Counted from the first letter of the stretch, positions 1-12,200 are shown. The stretch is DNA of 64,000 bases from Octopus sinensis (GCF_006345805.1 NC_043000.1:16926001-16990000); one strand, 5' to 3'. Made by a program: numbers and translations. The notes: a model not told the origin generated them from the letters alone.

Positions 1-200
1 TGAAATTTTGGGGGAAGTGGGGGGGGGGAAAGTCAATTTCCATTAGCTCCAGTACTTGACTGGTACTTATTTTATCAACACTGAAATGCTGAAAGACAAA
101 GTTGACCTCAAGGGAATTTGAACTCAGAATATAAGGACGGAAAAAAAAATGCTTAGCAGCACTTTGTCCAGCATAGTAACAATTCTGCCTGCTGGTTGCA
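1..200 (-). mobile_element. Old degraded family-A-related SINE
   Basis: Shares ggtacttattttatc...gaaagacaaagttgacctc...ggaatttgaactcagaa with family A. Similar old copies at about 3795-4005, 4130-4410, 30695-30905, 30975-31165, 38145-38320, 40690-40880, 60230-60320, 60505-60590. Confidence 0.7.
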
Positions 201-214
201 TAATAATAATGATT

Positions 215-600
215 TCATTTATTTGCCACAAGGGCGAAGGATGTGGGGGACAATACAGAGACAGACAAAGTGTGGGGGTTTAACATATAATAATGAAATG
301 ATAAAAGAAAAAAGTATACATGGTATACACTGAAAAAGGGACCTATGCATAGCATACAAGGGTAAAAAAAAAACTGGGGGGGGGGAGATGATAGAGATGT
401 GGCCCTCCTGATACAAGAATGCCACTAGGGATAATAGAGGAACCACACTGTCCAAGATTTTCCCGAAACCCCAGGAGCAAGTGCCCTCTCCAATTCCTTC
501 TCCCCGGCTCACGGGTCTACACTTAGAGAGGTACCATCCACTCTTGCCATTTTTGAAATTTTCACCCACCTTTCAATAAACTCACCTGAGGCCAGAAATA
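215..600 (-). mobile_element. Decayed 3' end of a Tx1/L1-like LINE
   Basis: Minus frame gives GEFIERWVKISKMARVDGTSLSVDP*, resembling the ORF2 C-terminus also seen at 22.2-23.4 kb; both have a similar AT-rich tail (tttat...gccacaag on +). Confidence 0.5.
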
Positions 601-1604
601 TTTTATTTTTGGTTTGTGGAGGTGAAGCTATAAAGAACCCCACCCCCCAACTTTATTTTATTGATCCCAGGAGAATGAAAGGCAAAGCTGATCTGGTCAG
701 GATTTCAACTCAGAATGTAAAGAACTGGCATCTAACACTTCAATTTACAGTGCATGTGTAGTGTGTTGGTATTTGAAGGAAGCAGGCAGGGTAAATACCT
801 GTGTAGAACTGTGTTCTACACTGAAGGAATGAAAGGGTGGTGAAGGGTTATGAAAGATCAACAAGGTTAGATTGGATTTTTTTAGGTTAATATTTTGTAT
901 ACATATGTGTGTGTGTGTGTGTGTGTGTGTGAGTGAGAGTGAGAGTGAGAGAGAGAGAGAGAGTGAGTGTGTGAGAGGCGGGTATGAACATCAACGTAGA
1001 GTCAGGTGATGAGGTTGGGAGCAGTAGTTCAGAAGATGTTCTTCTCCAAGCTGCAGATAAGTAAAGTAAAACAGAACTAGAAATCTACAGAAGAGAAGGT
1101 GTCAGCAAATGGTGGTGGTGGTGGTGGTGAGGTGTGTGTGTGTGGAGGGGAGATGGAGGGCATACACAAGAGATATCTAAATGTTACATTTTTTAATAAA
1201 CAAACAAATGCAAAATTGAATTAACAAACATTACAACCCTGCTCTATCCTGTTGTCCCCCCCCCCCGCGCACCTCACCTGAGGTCCTCAAACCCCTATCC
1301 CTCCTCCCCCGTTCTTTTCTTCCTTCCCAGCTAGTAACAAACTCTACATAAAAAGTCAAGCTATCTATCTCACTTAACATAACTGCAGAATATCTGAGAA
1401 AAGCATTGCTATAAATAGGAGCAACACCACCATCCTCATTATCATTTTTACCTCCACCACCACCATCTTCATCCTCATCACTATACATGTTTTCTAAGAG
1501 GAGAACAGTTAAACATTACATTTCCTCTCAACTGTAGCCAGTTATGGTCGAAAAACGCCATAAAAAAAAATTTTCTCTCCCCATTCCACTTATTGTTGCA
1601 GTCT

Positions 1605-1812
1605 ATTTTACACATACATACACACATACATACATACATACAGGAACATATAGACACACAGATGCATACACTGCAGACACACACACACACACATACAGGA
1701 ACATATAGACACATAGATGCATACACTGCAGACACACACACACACAGGAACATATAGACACATAATGCATACACTGCAGACATACATACACATACATACA
1801 TACAAACACACA
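1605..1812. repeat. Compound (CA)/(CATA) microsatellite with three copies of a 49-55 bp unit
   Basis: caggaacatatagacaca..gatgcatacactgcagacac recurs at 1641, 1696 and 1745. Confidence 0.9.
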
Positions 1813-2080
1813 TGTAGACAGTCATAAGAAGAAATTCTTCACTTACCCAAGAAATCCACTTTTTCAGCATAACTTTACACCTGAATTTATCCTTGGTGTG
1901 TGTGTGTAGTGGGGGATGGCTAATTTGTATAAAGTTCAAGTTGATTAACAGAGATTAAACTAAAAAGATTACCCAAACAATGTGTGGAATACCCAATATC
2001 TACACCTTTGGTAAGCAAATTCCAACAACAGTGTTGCGAAAATCTATAGATTAGTCCACTCTCAAGAGACCAGTCCAACT

Positions 2081-2245
2081 TTAAACGGCATAGGTTAGCA
2101 CCAATACAGAGGAGCCCATAACCAAACAACTAAGACGTATGTGGCATTGAGCGAACGAACGAAAAGTTAAGTACGGCAAAGTCAGAATTGTCGCTCCGGC
2201 AAAGGTGTAGGAAGGAGAAGTGGGAGGAGGAGGAGGAGGAGGAGG
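2081..2245 (-). CDS. Candidate terminal coding exon with GPI-anchor-signal-like C-terminus
   Basis: Pyrimidine-rich acceptor tgtctcctttctactcag|, then phase-0 frame PPPPPPPPTSPSYTFAGATILTLPYLTFRSFAQCHIRLSCLVMGSSVLVLTYAV* (TAA at 2083-2081): Pro/Ser/Thr stalk, small residues AGA, hydrophobic end. Confidence 0.45.
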   Translation of the reverse strand, partial: PPPPPPPPTSPSYTFAGATILTLPYLTFRSFAQCHIRLSCLVMGSSVLVLTYAV

Positions 2246-2799
2246 CTGAGTAGAAAGGAGACAACCACAAAATGAACCGAGCCACTAGGATGGTAAAACT
2301 TAACAAAAGTAGTGGTACCGAATAGTAAGGGGTGCCTGTTAATGTCAGCAATACTTCAAAGTACCCACCCTGCACACCCCTTCAGCAAATCTCAACATAG
2401 AATCCCTTACAGTTCTTTACAGACACAGGTAAAAAAAATATATATATATATATATATATCAATCCCACAGTTATCGTATACAAGGAGGGCGAGTGAGAAA
2501 ACTTATGTAGAGAAGCAGATGAAAGTACATTCACCAAACTTGGAGGAGACTGTACCATTACTACTATACAGGGAGGATGGGTGGGTGAGGAAGGTAGTTT
2601 CTTGCTGAAACTGTACACCCAGCTGATGCTTCAGGTCTGTGGAAACGGTGAGCACATTAGTTATGTTCTTTCATAAGCCATCTTTTAAGAGGGTGTTACA
2701 AATTATCACCCCCCACCACCAATGCACACACACACACACACAAGAGCCTACATACTGACAAACAAATGTCCATACAGACGCTTACACAAACAAGCACGG

Positions 2800-2831
<32 letters not shown>

Positions 2832-2928
2832 ATGTATATACACAAGTAAATGTAGAAAAGTAAAAAAAAATTTTTTGATAATTTATATACATGCAGATAA
2901 ACATGTACATAAATATACATTTGCCTGA

Positions 2929-2965
<37 letters not shown>

Positions 2966-3164
2966 TAAACAAATACAGATACAGTATAAATATAGATAAC
3001 ATACCCCAAAAATACAGTTGTGTAAAAGCACATATACACCAAGAAAAAAAAAATTAGAACAAATAGCAGCACCAAGGGTGTAATTGCTGCTGAAATTATA
3101 CCCAGGTATGAAACCAACAACAACAATAATAATAATAATGATGATGATAACAATAATAATGATA

Positions 3165-3783
3165 TCGCCACTGTGTAGGATGTGCTCTGAGAAGGGAGAA
3201 AGTATAAGCCATATTGTTAGTGAGTGCTGTAAGCTTGCACAGCACGAATATAAAAGGAGACACAACAAGGTAGCCAGAGAAGTCCACTGGCTGTTGTGCG
3301 GTAAAGCAAACCTCGAGAGAGCTGAGCAATAGCATGAACAGAAGCCAGAGGGAGTAATGGAAAATGAACATTGCAAAATACTCTGAGATTTTTAACATGC
3401 AGTATGACCAAGTCATAGAAGTGAGATGACCAGATATCGTGCTCATCTATAAAAGGGCGATTCAAGGGTGAAATGTATGGAAACAGAAAAGACTGAGAAA
3501 TACCAGCCACTGCTCAGGACAAGATAGGAAAGTTATGCGGCATGAGGAAAGTAATGAGCAGTTTCCAAGGGCTTTGAAAAACATATTAAGAATATTGGAG
3601 CTGCTCTCAGGCTCAAAGTGATCCAGAAGACAGCATTATTGAGTACAGCTCGCATTCTAAGGAGAGTATCGTCTCTTCGAGCCACAGGAGAAAGCACTAC
3701 TTGAAACCTTTGGTAATTTGTTAGTAACTGCTTTCAAGCAAAGAATAACCGGTAATTAAGAACTATCCGAGAGTCTTTCAGAA
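3165..3783 (+). mobile_element. 5'-truncated Dong/R4-clade (REL endonuclease) non-LTR retrotransposon remnant
   Basis: Encodes CRMCSEKGESISHIVSEC (CCHC knuckle), RRHNKVA, PDIVLI and IQKTALLSTARILRRV with stops and frameshifts; flanked by (TAA)n-like repeats, the known Dong target. Confidence 0.85.
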
Positions 3784-4410
3784 TAATAATAATGATAATT
3801 TTGGCACAAGGCCAGCCATTTAGGGGGAGGGATGGCTAGTTGATTACATTGACCCCAATGCTCAACCAGCACTTATTTTATCAATCCAAGAAGGAGGAAA
3901 GGCAAAGTCAACCTTGGCGGAATTTGAACACAAAACGCAAAGATGGATGAAATGCAGTGAAGCATTTTGCCTGGTGTGCTCACGATTCTGCCAGCACACC
4001 GCTTTAATAATAATAATGATAATAATAATAATAACAAGATTTCTTTTATTGGCCACAAGCACCCAAGACATGAAGGACACTATCAAAGGATGAGTTACAC
4101 AAAAACAAAATAAAACAATAATTTCTACTATAGGTACAAGATCCGAAATTTTAAGAAGAGGTGGTGTAAGTTGATTACATCGACCTCAAAAGGATGAAAG
4201 ACAAAGTGTTTCTATTACAGGCACAAGGCCTGAAATTTTGGAGGAGGGGGACTAATTAATTTCACCGACCTCAGTACTTGAAAGGTACATATCAACCCTG
4301 AAAGGACGAAAGGCAAAGTTGACCTTGGTGGAATTTGAACTCAGAATATATAGACATGAAACGCTGCTAAGCATTTTGTCCAGTGTGCTAATGGTTCTGC
4401 CAGCTAACCA

Positions 4411-4411
4411 C

Positions 4412-4442
<31 letters not shown>

Positions 4443-4470
4443 TAATAATAATAATAATAATAATAATGAT
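4411..4470. repeat. (AAT)n microsatellite
   Basis: Direct reading; similar tracts at about 22043-22097 and 30651-30683. Confidence 0.95.
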
Positions 4471-4916
4471 GAAAAATATCTAACAGGTAAAAAGACATAC
4501 ATTTAAGACAGAAGGAGTGTAGTTCAATTTAATGAACCCTAATATCCAACTGGTACTTATTTTATCAAACCCTTGAAGAATGAAAGCTGAATTTGAACCT
4601 TGGTAGGGAGAGAACTCAGAATTTAACAAGGCATAAAAAAATAATGGCTTCTTTGATCATCTATATCCAAAGAGTCATCAACAATAGCACCATTTTGTCC
4701 ATCTTTATGTTTGGAATTCAAATTCTGTTGAGGTTGACTTTGCCTCTCATCCTTATGGGATCGTTAAAATTAGTATAGGGGGGGGGGGTTGGAGTGTCAA
4801 TATAACCAGCTTATCTGTTCCTCCAAACTTGATGGCCTTGTACCAAAATTTAAAAGCAATATATGATATCGCAAAACATTCCTCAGTGAATTAGGACAAT
4901 TATATACCAGGCTGGT

Positions 4917-5302
4917 GTGGAGGCGCAATGGCCCAGTGGTTAGGGCAGCGGACTCGCGGTCGCAGGATCGCAGTTTCGATTCCCAGACCGGGCGTTGTGA
5001 GTGTTTATTGAGCGAAAACACCTAAAAGCTCCACGAGGCTCCGGCAGGGGATGGTGGTGATCCCTGCTGTACTCTTTCTCCACAACTCTCTCTCTCTCTT
5101 ACTTCCTGTTTCTGTTGTACCTGTATTTCAAAGAGCCGGCCTTGTCACTCTGTGTCACACTGAATATCCCCGAGAACTACGTTAAGGGTACACGTGTCTG
5201 TGGAGTGCTCAGCCACTTACATGTTAATTTCACTAGCAGGCTGTTCCGTTGATCGGATCAACCGGAACCCTCGTTGTCGGAACCGACGGAGTGCTTCCAT
5301 CC
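4917..5302 (+). mobile_element. tRNA-derived SINE, family D, with 13-bp TSD
   Basis: Head gtggaggcgcaatggcccagtggttagggcagcgg...gtttcgattccc (A/B boxes); TSD ataccaggctggt at 4904-4916 and 5303-5315; near-identical to copies at 40968, 43058 and 56665. Confidence 0.9.
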
Positions 5303-5306
5303 ATAC

Positions 5307-5397
5307 CAGGCTGGTATCCTCCACATTGATATGTATAACTGGTGAATGTATTTCTTGTGGTACAGGAAGATGTTCAGTCCGGTGGTAATTGACCCAC
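5307..5397 (-). CDS. Candidate internal coding exon (91 nt, phase 2 to phase 0)
   Basis: Acceptor aaactctctacag|, donor CTG|GTATGG; open frame xWVNYHRTEHLPVPQEIHSPVIHINVEDTSL; phase-0 end fits the 2245 exon. Confidence 0.45.
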
Positions 5398-6068
5398 CTG
5401 TAGAGAGTTTAATGTATAGAACAGATTGCCGATCACCGATAACCTTCAATTGGCAACAGGGTCTGAATTTATTGGTAAGGTGACTCCAAAATGCTTATGA
5501 GAATCCTGATCTGAGACAAAGTACAAAAGTGCTTCCTTCATCGTTCTGGAGGATTTAAACTGAAAACTTTAAGCTTAAGCTAACAAACCAGTTTTAGCAT
5601 TATTCCTATCATGTGCTACCTATCTACACCCATGTGAGTTGGGCCACTTAGGTATAAACAAGTATCACAGTGCCATTGGTAGAATATGAGCTGCTAACCT
5701 CTCAGTTCCTGACATGCCCTGTCTAGTTACAGAGGCACCCAATCTAGAACAGCTATCTACACTCACTGATGTAATTTATGCAGAGAACATCAGGCTAGCT
5801 ACACTGCGTAAGTGTGATATACCTGTTTTCTATAGTCATATATTCAGTATCATGTGATGCTGTTTTGGAAAGAAAAGTGGAAAGAATCCATAATCACAAG
5901 TTTAGACTGAAATGAATTGCAGTAAACAAGAAAGACAGAAGAAAAAAAATGAAAGAAAATAGTGAATGACTTCCAAACATAAAACTGGATTTGTGGTGAT
6001 GTTAGTGATGACAGCTACGGAAGATAATAGCAGCTACATAGATGACAGCTAGCTCAGGTGAGGATTAC

Positions 6069-6170
6069 CTATTCTCTGTACCAATGCCGTTAGCTTCACC
6101 CCACAAACTTAATATCAGTGTACGTGGCTGGGCGTTAACCAGGGGTGTGTGGTTTCAATAACAACAAAAA
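6069..6170 (-). other. Candidate exon (102 nt) with strong splice sites but a stop in every frame
   Basis: Acceptor tttttcactttcag|, donor AG|GTAATC. The frame joining exon 5397 reads FCCY*NHTPLVNAQPRTLILSLWGEANGIGTENR (TGA at 6157-6155). Confidence 0.3.
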
Positions 6171-6242
6171 CTGAAAGTGAAAAATGAATTACATCTGGAA
6201 AGCTAATTATCATTAACTAGCTTAAAAATAGAAGCTGAGCAT

Positions 6243-6244
6243 TA

Positions 6245-6288
<44 letters not shown>

Positions 6289-6290
6289 AT
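6243..6290. repeat. (TAG)n microsatellite
   Basis: Direct reading. Confidence 0.95.
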
Positions 6291-7144
6291 GATGGGTAGT
6301 AATAGCTATCAGGAATACATACATTAGTTATTTTAGAAGAAAACATAAATAGAAAAAAAAACTGAAAAAAACAAAGAAAAAAATCTACACCACTACCATT
6401 ACCAATATTACTATTAGTTCCACTAAAATTACTACAACCATCAACTGTAGTATATAAGTAGCAAGAAACACTTATAGCACACAGAAGGATGCAAAGAGTA
6501 ATGCACACAAATGCACACATATACAAAGAGGAACTCATGCATGCTTCTTACACCCACAGGTATACAAATAGCAATGTTAAAAACACACTGCACGCCCTGC
6601 CCCAATGCACACACATCACTACACACTGATGCGCAGAGGAAAGAAAAACCTGTTCAAAAGGGGGAAAACTCTGTAGTCCATATAGTAAACTGAACGTTAT
6701 ACATGTTTATTATATATATATATAAAGAAGGTTGTATAATATACAGTGAAAACTCTGGACGTGGGTTCAATTCTGGTTCAGAAGGAGTATGAATTCTACA
6801 AAGTGACCTTGAGTTTTCGGCACAGGTAGTGTGTGAATTGGAGAGAGAATGGCTACAGTCTCGGATCAGTCTTAATCCAGCACATTTATTAGCATAAGAT
6901 GTTCCAGTTGTGGCCATTCCACCATTTATGAAGACACAATTTATCTAGGATGACATTATCTAGTGTGTCTTTATTTTACCTAAGACAGCAGCATGTAATG
7001 TGAAGCAGAGTTAGGTACATTTCTAATAAGTCAAGCAACTGCACAGAGACTGCCCTTACACACACACACACCATATATATATACATATCTATCTATCTAT
7101 CTACCTACCTAGTGAATAAACAGTATATCAATATATAATAATAA

Positions 7145-7374
7145 GGTGGCGAGCTGGCAGAAACGTTAGCACGCCGGGCGAAATGTGTAGCCGTATTTCG
7201 TCTGCCGTTACGTTCTGAGTTCAAATTCCGCCGAGGTCTACTTTGCCTTTCATCCTTTCGGGGTCGATTAAATAAGTACCAGTCACGCACTGGGGTCGAT
7301 ATAATTGACTTAATCCCTTTGTCTGTCCTTGTTTGTCCCTTCTATGTTTAGCCCCTTGTGGGTAGTAAAGAAAT
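7145..7374 (+). mobile_element. SINE family A, full length
   Basis: ggtggcgagctggcagaaacgttagcacgccgggcgaaatg...gagttcaaattcc...aaagaaat; short atataataat duplication on both flanks. Confidence 0.9.
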
Positions 7375-9122
7375 ATATAATAATGAGTGTACCACACACA
7401 CACACACACACACGTACTTATGTATGTAAGACTAGATTACCGAAGAGTCCTTCTAATTTTAAGAAGACAGAAAGGTGTGATTTGAGGGAGATTTAACAGC
7501 AACCATGTATTACCAAACTAGAATACCAATTACACATTCGGGATGCTACCACTCAACACATACACAGGAATGTTCATTAGATAGTTCAGCCTTCACTCAC
7601 TAAAATTCTCCATCTACACAAGTAGAAATTATAAACTTCTTTTGCTCTTCTCAAGAGTCTGAGGAGCATAAGGTTGATTTTACAAAATCTTTAGGTACAG
7701 ATATGTGATACATAATACTGTTACCTCCCTCTCACACACACACACACACACACACACACATTTGTATAACATCAATTTTTCATTATGCTTTAAAAATATC
7801 TTTCCAGGAATTTTTACTAAAGAAGTTTGTTGAATAATTTTGGAAGCTAAACTGACTGGAAGTTCATTTTCTATAATAAAGAGAGGCATGACTGTGTGGT
7901 TAAGAATCTTGCTTCCCAACCATGTGGTTTCGAGTTCACTTCCATTGCATGATACTTTGGGCAAGGGTCTTCTATTAAAGGCCTGAGGCTGACCAAAGCC
8001 TTGTGAGTGGATTTTGTTGGAAGAAACTGAAAAGTGCCAGTCATATGTGTGTGTGTGTGTGTGTGTGCTTGTGTATATGTGTTCCCTTATCTAGGCTGTG
8101 AGACGGTTGCAAAAAAAGTGTTATTTCTAGTCTTATATGAAAAAAAAGGAAAAAAAAAAAAACCAAACAAAAACAAAAGTAAATAAAAAAAACCTAACTT
8201 ATGGGTACATATTAACTTACTTGGAAACAAGTGAGGTTTGGTGGCAGGAAAGGCATCTGAGCATAGAAAATCTGCCTTAATGAATTATATTTGATCCATG
8301 CACACTTGGAAACGTGGACATGTTAAATGACGGTGATGATGACAATGAATACAAGATTTGCATTTTATGCAAACTTGTTTTAAACTCTTTCTCAATATTT
8401 AAGTATTCAATTATTTCCCTAAATCAACAGCATAAATGCACAAAACATCTGTGACATGAAATATAAATTTGTAATGCTTTATTGATATTTCTGGACATTT
8501 TTATAAATTTTTTTTCTTTTGGGTGATATTGATTTGGCCCAGGTCAGCTCTGATGTATAATGAAAAGCATTTTAGTAATGCCCATACCACTTTTATTTTT
8601 TTCAGATATAGTCTATTTAATGTGCCCTAATTTTAAGATAGCAAGGCAGAATTTAAGTAAGATTTAGCTGTTATTTCTAGCATGCTATGAATGTCATTGC
8701 ATAGAGACTCCCTCATCAGCTTGAATAGTTCATGTATGTATCTGAGATTTAAAGAAGTTTGGGGATAAATGTTATGAAATGCATTCTTTTCTAGACTAGA
8801 GGACAATATTAATGCAGGAAATGAAACAAAGTCACAACTGTCATGTTTGTGATGACGGAAGGAGGATTGAACAGACAGCCCTGACATTGCACTTGTCAAT
8901 CGTTAACTGGAGGAGGCATGGTTAAATACTGTCACAAGTTCTAATAAAAGCTGAAACAAGAAAATGTCAAGCAAATGACGAATCAAGGTCAACGGAATGG
9001 TGAAATTTTGGTGACAGCTGTGCTACTGTGGCCCGTTCTATGGTAGTCATACATTAAGTTAACAGAAATAATTCTCACAGTTCAATAGGCTTCGTAATTT
9101 AGGTACTTTTCACTTTTATTTT

Positions 9123-9497
9123 TCTCTTTTACTTGTTTCAGTCATTTGACTGCGGCCATGCTGGAGCACCGCCTTTAGTCGAGCAAATCGACCCCGGGAC
9201 TTATTCTTTGTAAGCCCAGTACTTATTCTATCGGTCACTTTTGCCGAACCGCTAAGTGATGGGGACGTAAACACACCGGCATCGGTTGTCAAGCAATGCT
9301 AGGGGGACAAACACAGACACACATACATATATACGACAGGCTTCTTTCAGTTTCCGTCTACCAAATCCACTCACAAGGCATTGGTCGGCCCGGGGCTATA
9401 GCAGAAGACACTTGCCCAAGATGCCACGCAGTGGGACTGAACCTGGAACCATGTGGTTGGTTAGCAAGCTACTTACCACACAGCCACTCCTGCGCCT
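9123..9497 (-). mobile_element. SINE family B, full length
   Basis: tRNA-like head ggagtggctgtgtggtaag...gggttcagtccc, CORE-like cttgggcaagtgtctt, central (TA/GT) tract, tail gaaacaagtaaaagag; taggtactt repeated on both flanks. Confidence 0.9.
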
Positions 9498-9944
9498 AGG
9501 TACTTAGTGATAATTTACTCAAAAAACTGTGTTGAAGTTAGAAAGCAGAAAAACTGACGGTTTAATTTATTTTACTGCCATGCTGGAGCACTACATTTGA
9601 GAATTTAGTTGATGGTAGAAACCCAGGTACTTTATTTCTATCTGCTATTTATTTCATTGATCTCTCTATCTGAAGAGATGCAACTAAACACACTGGTTTA
9701 CACAGACACACTTAGCATTCTGACACCAATGCCTATGACAACACTGGTATTGAAGCTGCACCGAGTCATGCCATCATCGGGTCATTGGATGAACAATGGT
9801 GGCATGGAGAGGAGAAACTTGAACACATGGATAACTGCTAGTCTTCCTCAAAAAAAAAATAAAGAACAAAATATCTTGTTCTATTCTGTGCATACATGTA
9901 CAGCTGAATGGTCATCCTAGACTAATGGATACACACGTGCACCA

Positions 9945-10198
9945 CTGTATCAACCAGACCATGAGACGTTATACACCACTGGTCACAATGTGCTTCCTCA
10001 CATTGTTGTAGCTTGTGGATGATGCCAGCCCACTGGCCAAGATCCTCCCCTAAATGGAACAGCAAGTCTGTTGTAGGGCTACTCATTTATAGCTGAGTGG
10101 AATGGAGCATGTTGCTCAAGAACACAAAGCACTGTTGATCTGGGAACTGAAACCATGATCACAAGATTGCGAGTGCAACATCCTAACCACTAGGCCAT
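9945..10198 (-). mobile_element. Old SINE family E copy
   Basis: Similar to the reverse complement of 51066-51400 (ttgctcaagaacac, ctaaccactaggcc); another old copy at about 37365-37512. Confidence 0.55.
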
Positions 10199-10397
10199 AT
10201 TCCTTTGCATGCACACAAGGCACAGGTCATGCTGAAGTTATATTAGAAGACACTTGTCAAGGGTGTAACCTAATAAAATTCTAGAAATGGGCAATCAGGA
10301 AGTGAACTTCTTGACCACATGCTTATGCCTGTGCCGTTTCAAAATTCCAGCCTCTCAACACTGGAATACTATTTTGAGTTTGTTTCTATGAATTGTA

Positions 10398-10860
10398 TCA
10401 TCATCATCATCATTCAAAGTCTGTTTTCCATGCTGGCATGGGTTGAATGATTTAACAGGAACTGGCATGCTGGAGAGTTACACCTGTCCACATTTGTCTG
10501 TTTTGGCATGGCTTTGTAGGGCTGGATGCCCTTCCTAATGCCTATTTCTTTATTACCCACAAGGGGCTAAACACAGAGCGGACAAACAAGGACAGACATA
10601 GGTATTGAGTCGATTACATCGACCCCAGTGCGTAACTGGTACTTAATTTATCGACCCCGAAAGGATGAAAGGCAAAGTCGACCTTGGCGGAATTTGAACT
10701 CACAACGTAATGCAGACGAAATACCGCTAAGCATTTCGCCCGGCGTGCTAACGTTTCTGCCAACTCGCCGCCTTATTATGCCCTTCCTAATGCCAACCAC
10801 ATTACAGAGTGTACTGGGTGCTTTTTACATGGCACCAGCACAGGTGCCATTTATGTGGTA
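10398..10860 (-). mobile_element. Family-C-related retroposon split by a SINE A insertion
   Basis: (CAT)n tail on +, ggatgcccttcctaatgccaaccac motif; the 17-bp TSD of the nested SINE lies inside this motif. Confidence 0.7.
10543..10777 (-). mobile_element. SINE family A with 17-bp TSD
   Basis: TSD atgcccttcctaatgcc at 10526-10542 and 10778-10794. Confidence 0.92.
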
Positions 10861-10932
10861 TTATTTAGACCACTTCAGTTTTGTATCTAGTTTGCAAGAT
10901 TCTTTATGTGAATTTGTGTGTTGAAGCAAATT

Positions 10933-11151
10933 ATGTTGTGTCTGGGGAGAGTCATATTGTTTTAATGCCTTATTATATCTAACACACTCACTGGTTTGAT
11001 TTCCACTCATATTTTTTCTTCCAATATTTTCCTTGCTTTTTTGCAACCTTGTCCAAAATTTTGGAAGACATAAATAATAAATTATTGGAAATCAAACCAG
11101 TGAGTGTATTAGATAAGGCTTTAAGACAATACGACTCTCCCCAGACAACAT
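10933..11151. repeat. Imperfect inverted repeat (about 70-bp arms, 80-bp spacer)
   Basis: 10933-11005 is complementary to 11086-11151; direct repeat tatttagaccac at 10862-10873 and 11151-11162. Confidence 0.85.
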
Positions 11152-11299
11152 ATTTAGACCACCCCACCACTATTAGAATGATTATTTTTACAACTGTATA
11201 TATGTCCTTCTGCCTAACCATTCAACAAAAGTAGGATTGCACTCTGGTTGTCAGTGAAACAAGATGAGCTTAGAAACCTGAGTAAGTCAGTAACACAAA

Positions 11300-12200
11300 C
11301 CAATATGACTTTTAAGGAGAGAACCTATCTACAGTCACAAAAGCTGCGAGAAATAGCAGCTAAAACCTGACTCATCTCACTTCTTATCATCCTAAAAAAT
11401 CAAAAATAATTTTATCCAATGTGTTTGCATATAACACCCCACCCAAAAGGGATGGTCACGACTGGAGTACATTTGATCTGGGTTTGAACAACAATCACTA
11501 CCATTACTAGTTTTATTAATTCCAAATAATATTTTGGTATACAAGGTCAGTTACTCAGCACTCCAAAATTTAGTTATTTACATATTTATCTTAAGGATTC
11601 AAAAAATGGGTTTGGAAATGCCAAACAAAATAAGTTCTGCTTTCATCAGAAGATCAATCCTCTCTCACTTTTCTTTTTTTAAATCTGGTATGATGCCAAT
11701 CACAAATGGTTTGATAGCAGTGCTGCAAAAAGCCAAAGTACATGTCAATTTCTAGTAAGTTCTGTCCTCACAGCAGAATCTCTCTCTCTTTTTTTTCATC
11801 TGGTCTGATGCCAATCAATGATAATAATTATCTTCCACTACATTTATTATGACTCACTGATACGCCTATCCAATAATAGCTGTAACAACAATAACAACAA
11901 CAACAAGTCATACAAGCCAATCTGTGTGCTTACTTGACCTAAGAGAAATCATTCCTAATCCCCTTGAAAATAATAAAGGAAGGACACATTAAAAACTGTA
12001 CTATACTGAATAAAAGACGAGATGGTCATGGTTGGAATATTTTTGATCATAGGTTTGATGGTTCAAGGCTGGCCTGAAACTAAATAACAATTACTACAAC
12101 AGATGTTCCAAGATGGCAGTGTGTGATACGAGTAAAATTTTTCTGTTGTTTCTAGCGGACCATGCATGCCACTACATGGAAAGCTCCCTCGTTAAGTTGA
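11300..12200 (-). repeat. Fragments of abundant dispersed repeat family I
   Basis: Motifs tagaaatagcagccaaatctccctcaaatcac and ggctgacctggggctaaacaac recur at about 7470, 8530, 13690, 16390-16870, 20300-20720, 30100, 35960, 36640, 37130, 39420-40080, 41410, 49170-49385 and 58500; class unresolved. Confidence 0.6.

Noticed and set aside
2540-2641. Candidate minus-strand exon DLKHQLGVQFQQ...SSKF
   Set aside because: Phase 1-1 does not fit between the phase-0 neighbours; splice sites only moderate.
2696-3376. Longest ORF in the track (226 aa) and the other CVCV/YIYI/ERER/HTHT ORFs
   Set aside because: Translations of microsatellites and antisense repeat sequence.
6654-6950. Cys-containing ORF with faint EGF-like look
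   Set aside because: Cysteine spacing does not match EGF, splice sites are weak, and the opposite strand looks equally protein-like.
8633-8899. 88-aa ORF with ordinary composition
   Set aside because: No recognisable domain and no splice support; partly overlaps family I repeat motifs.
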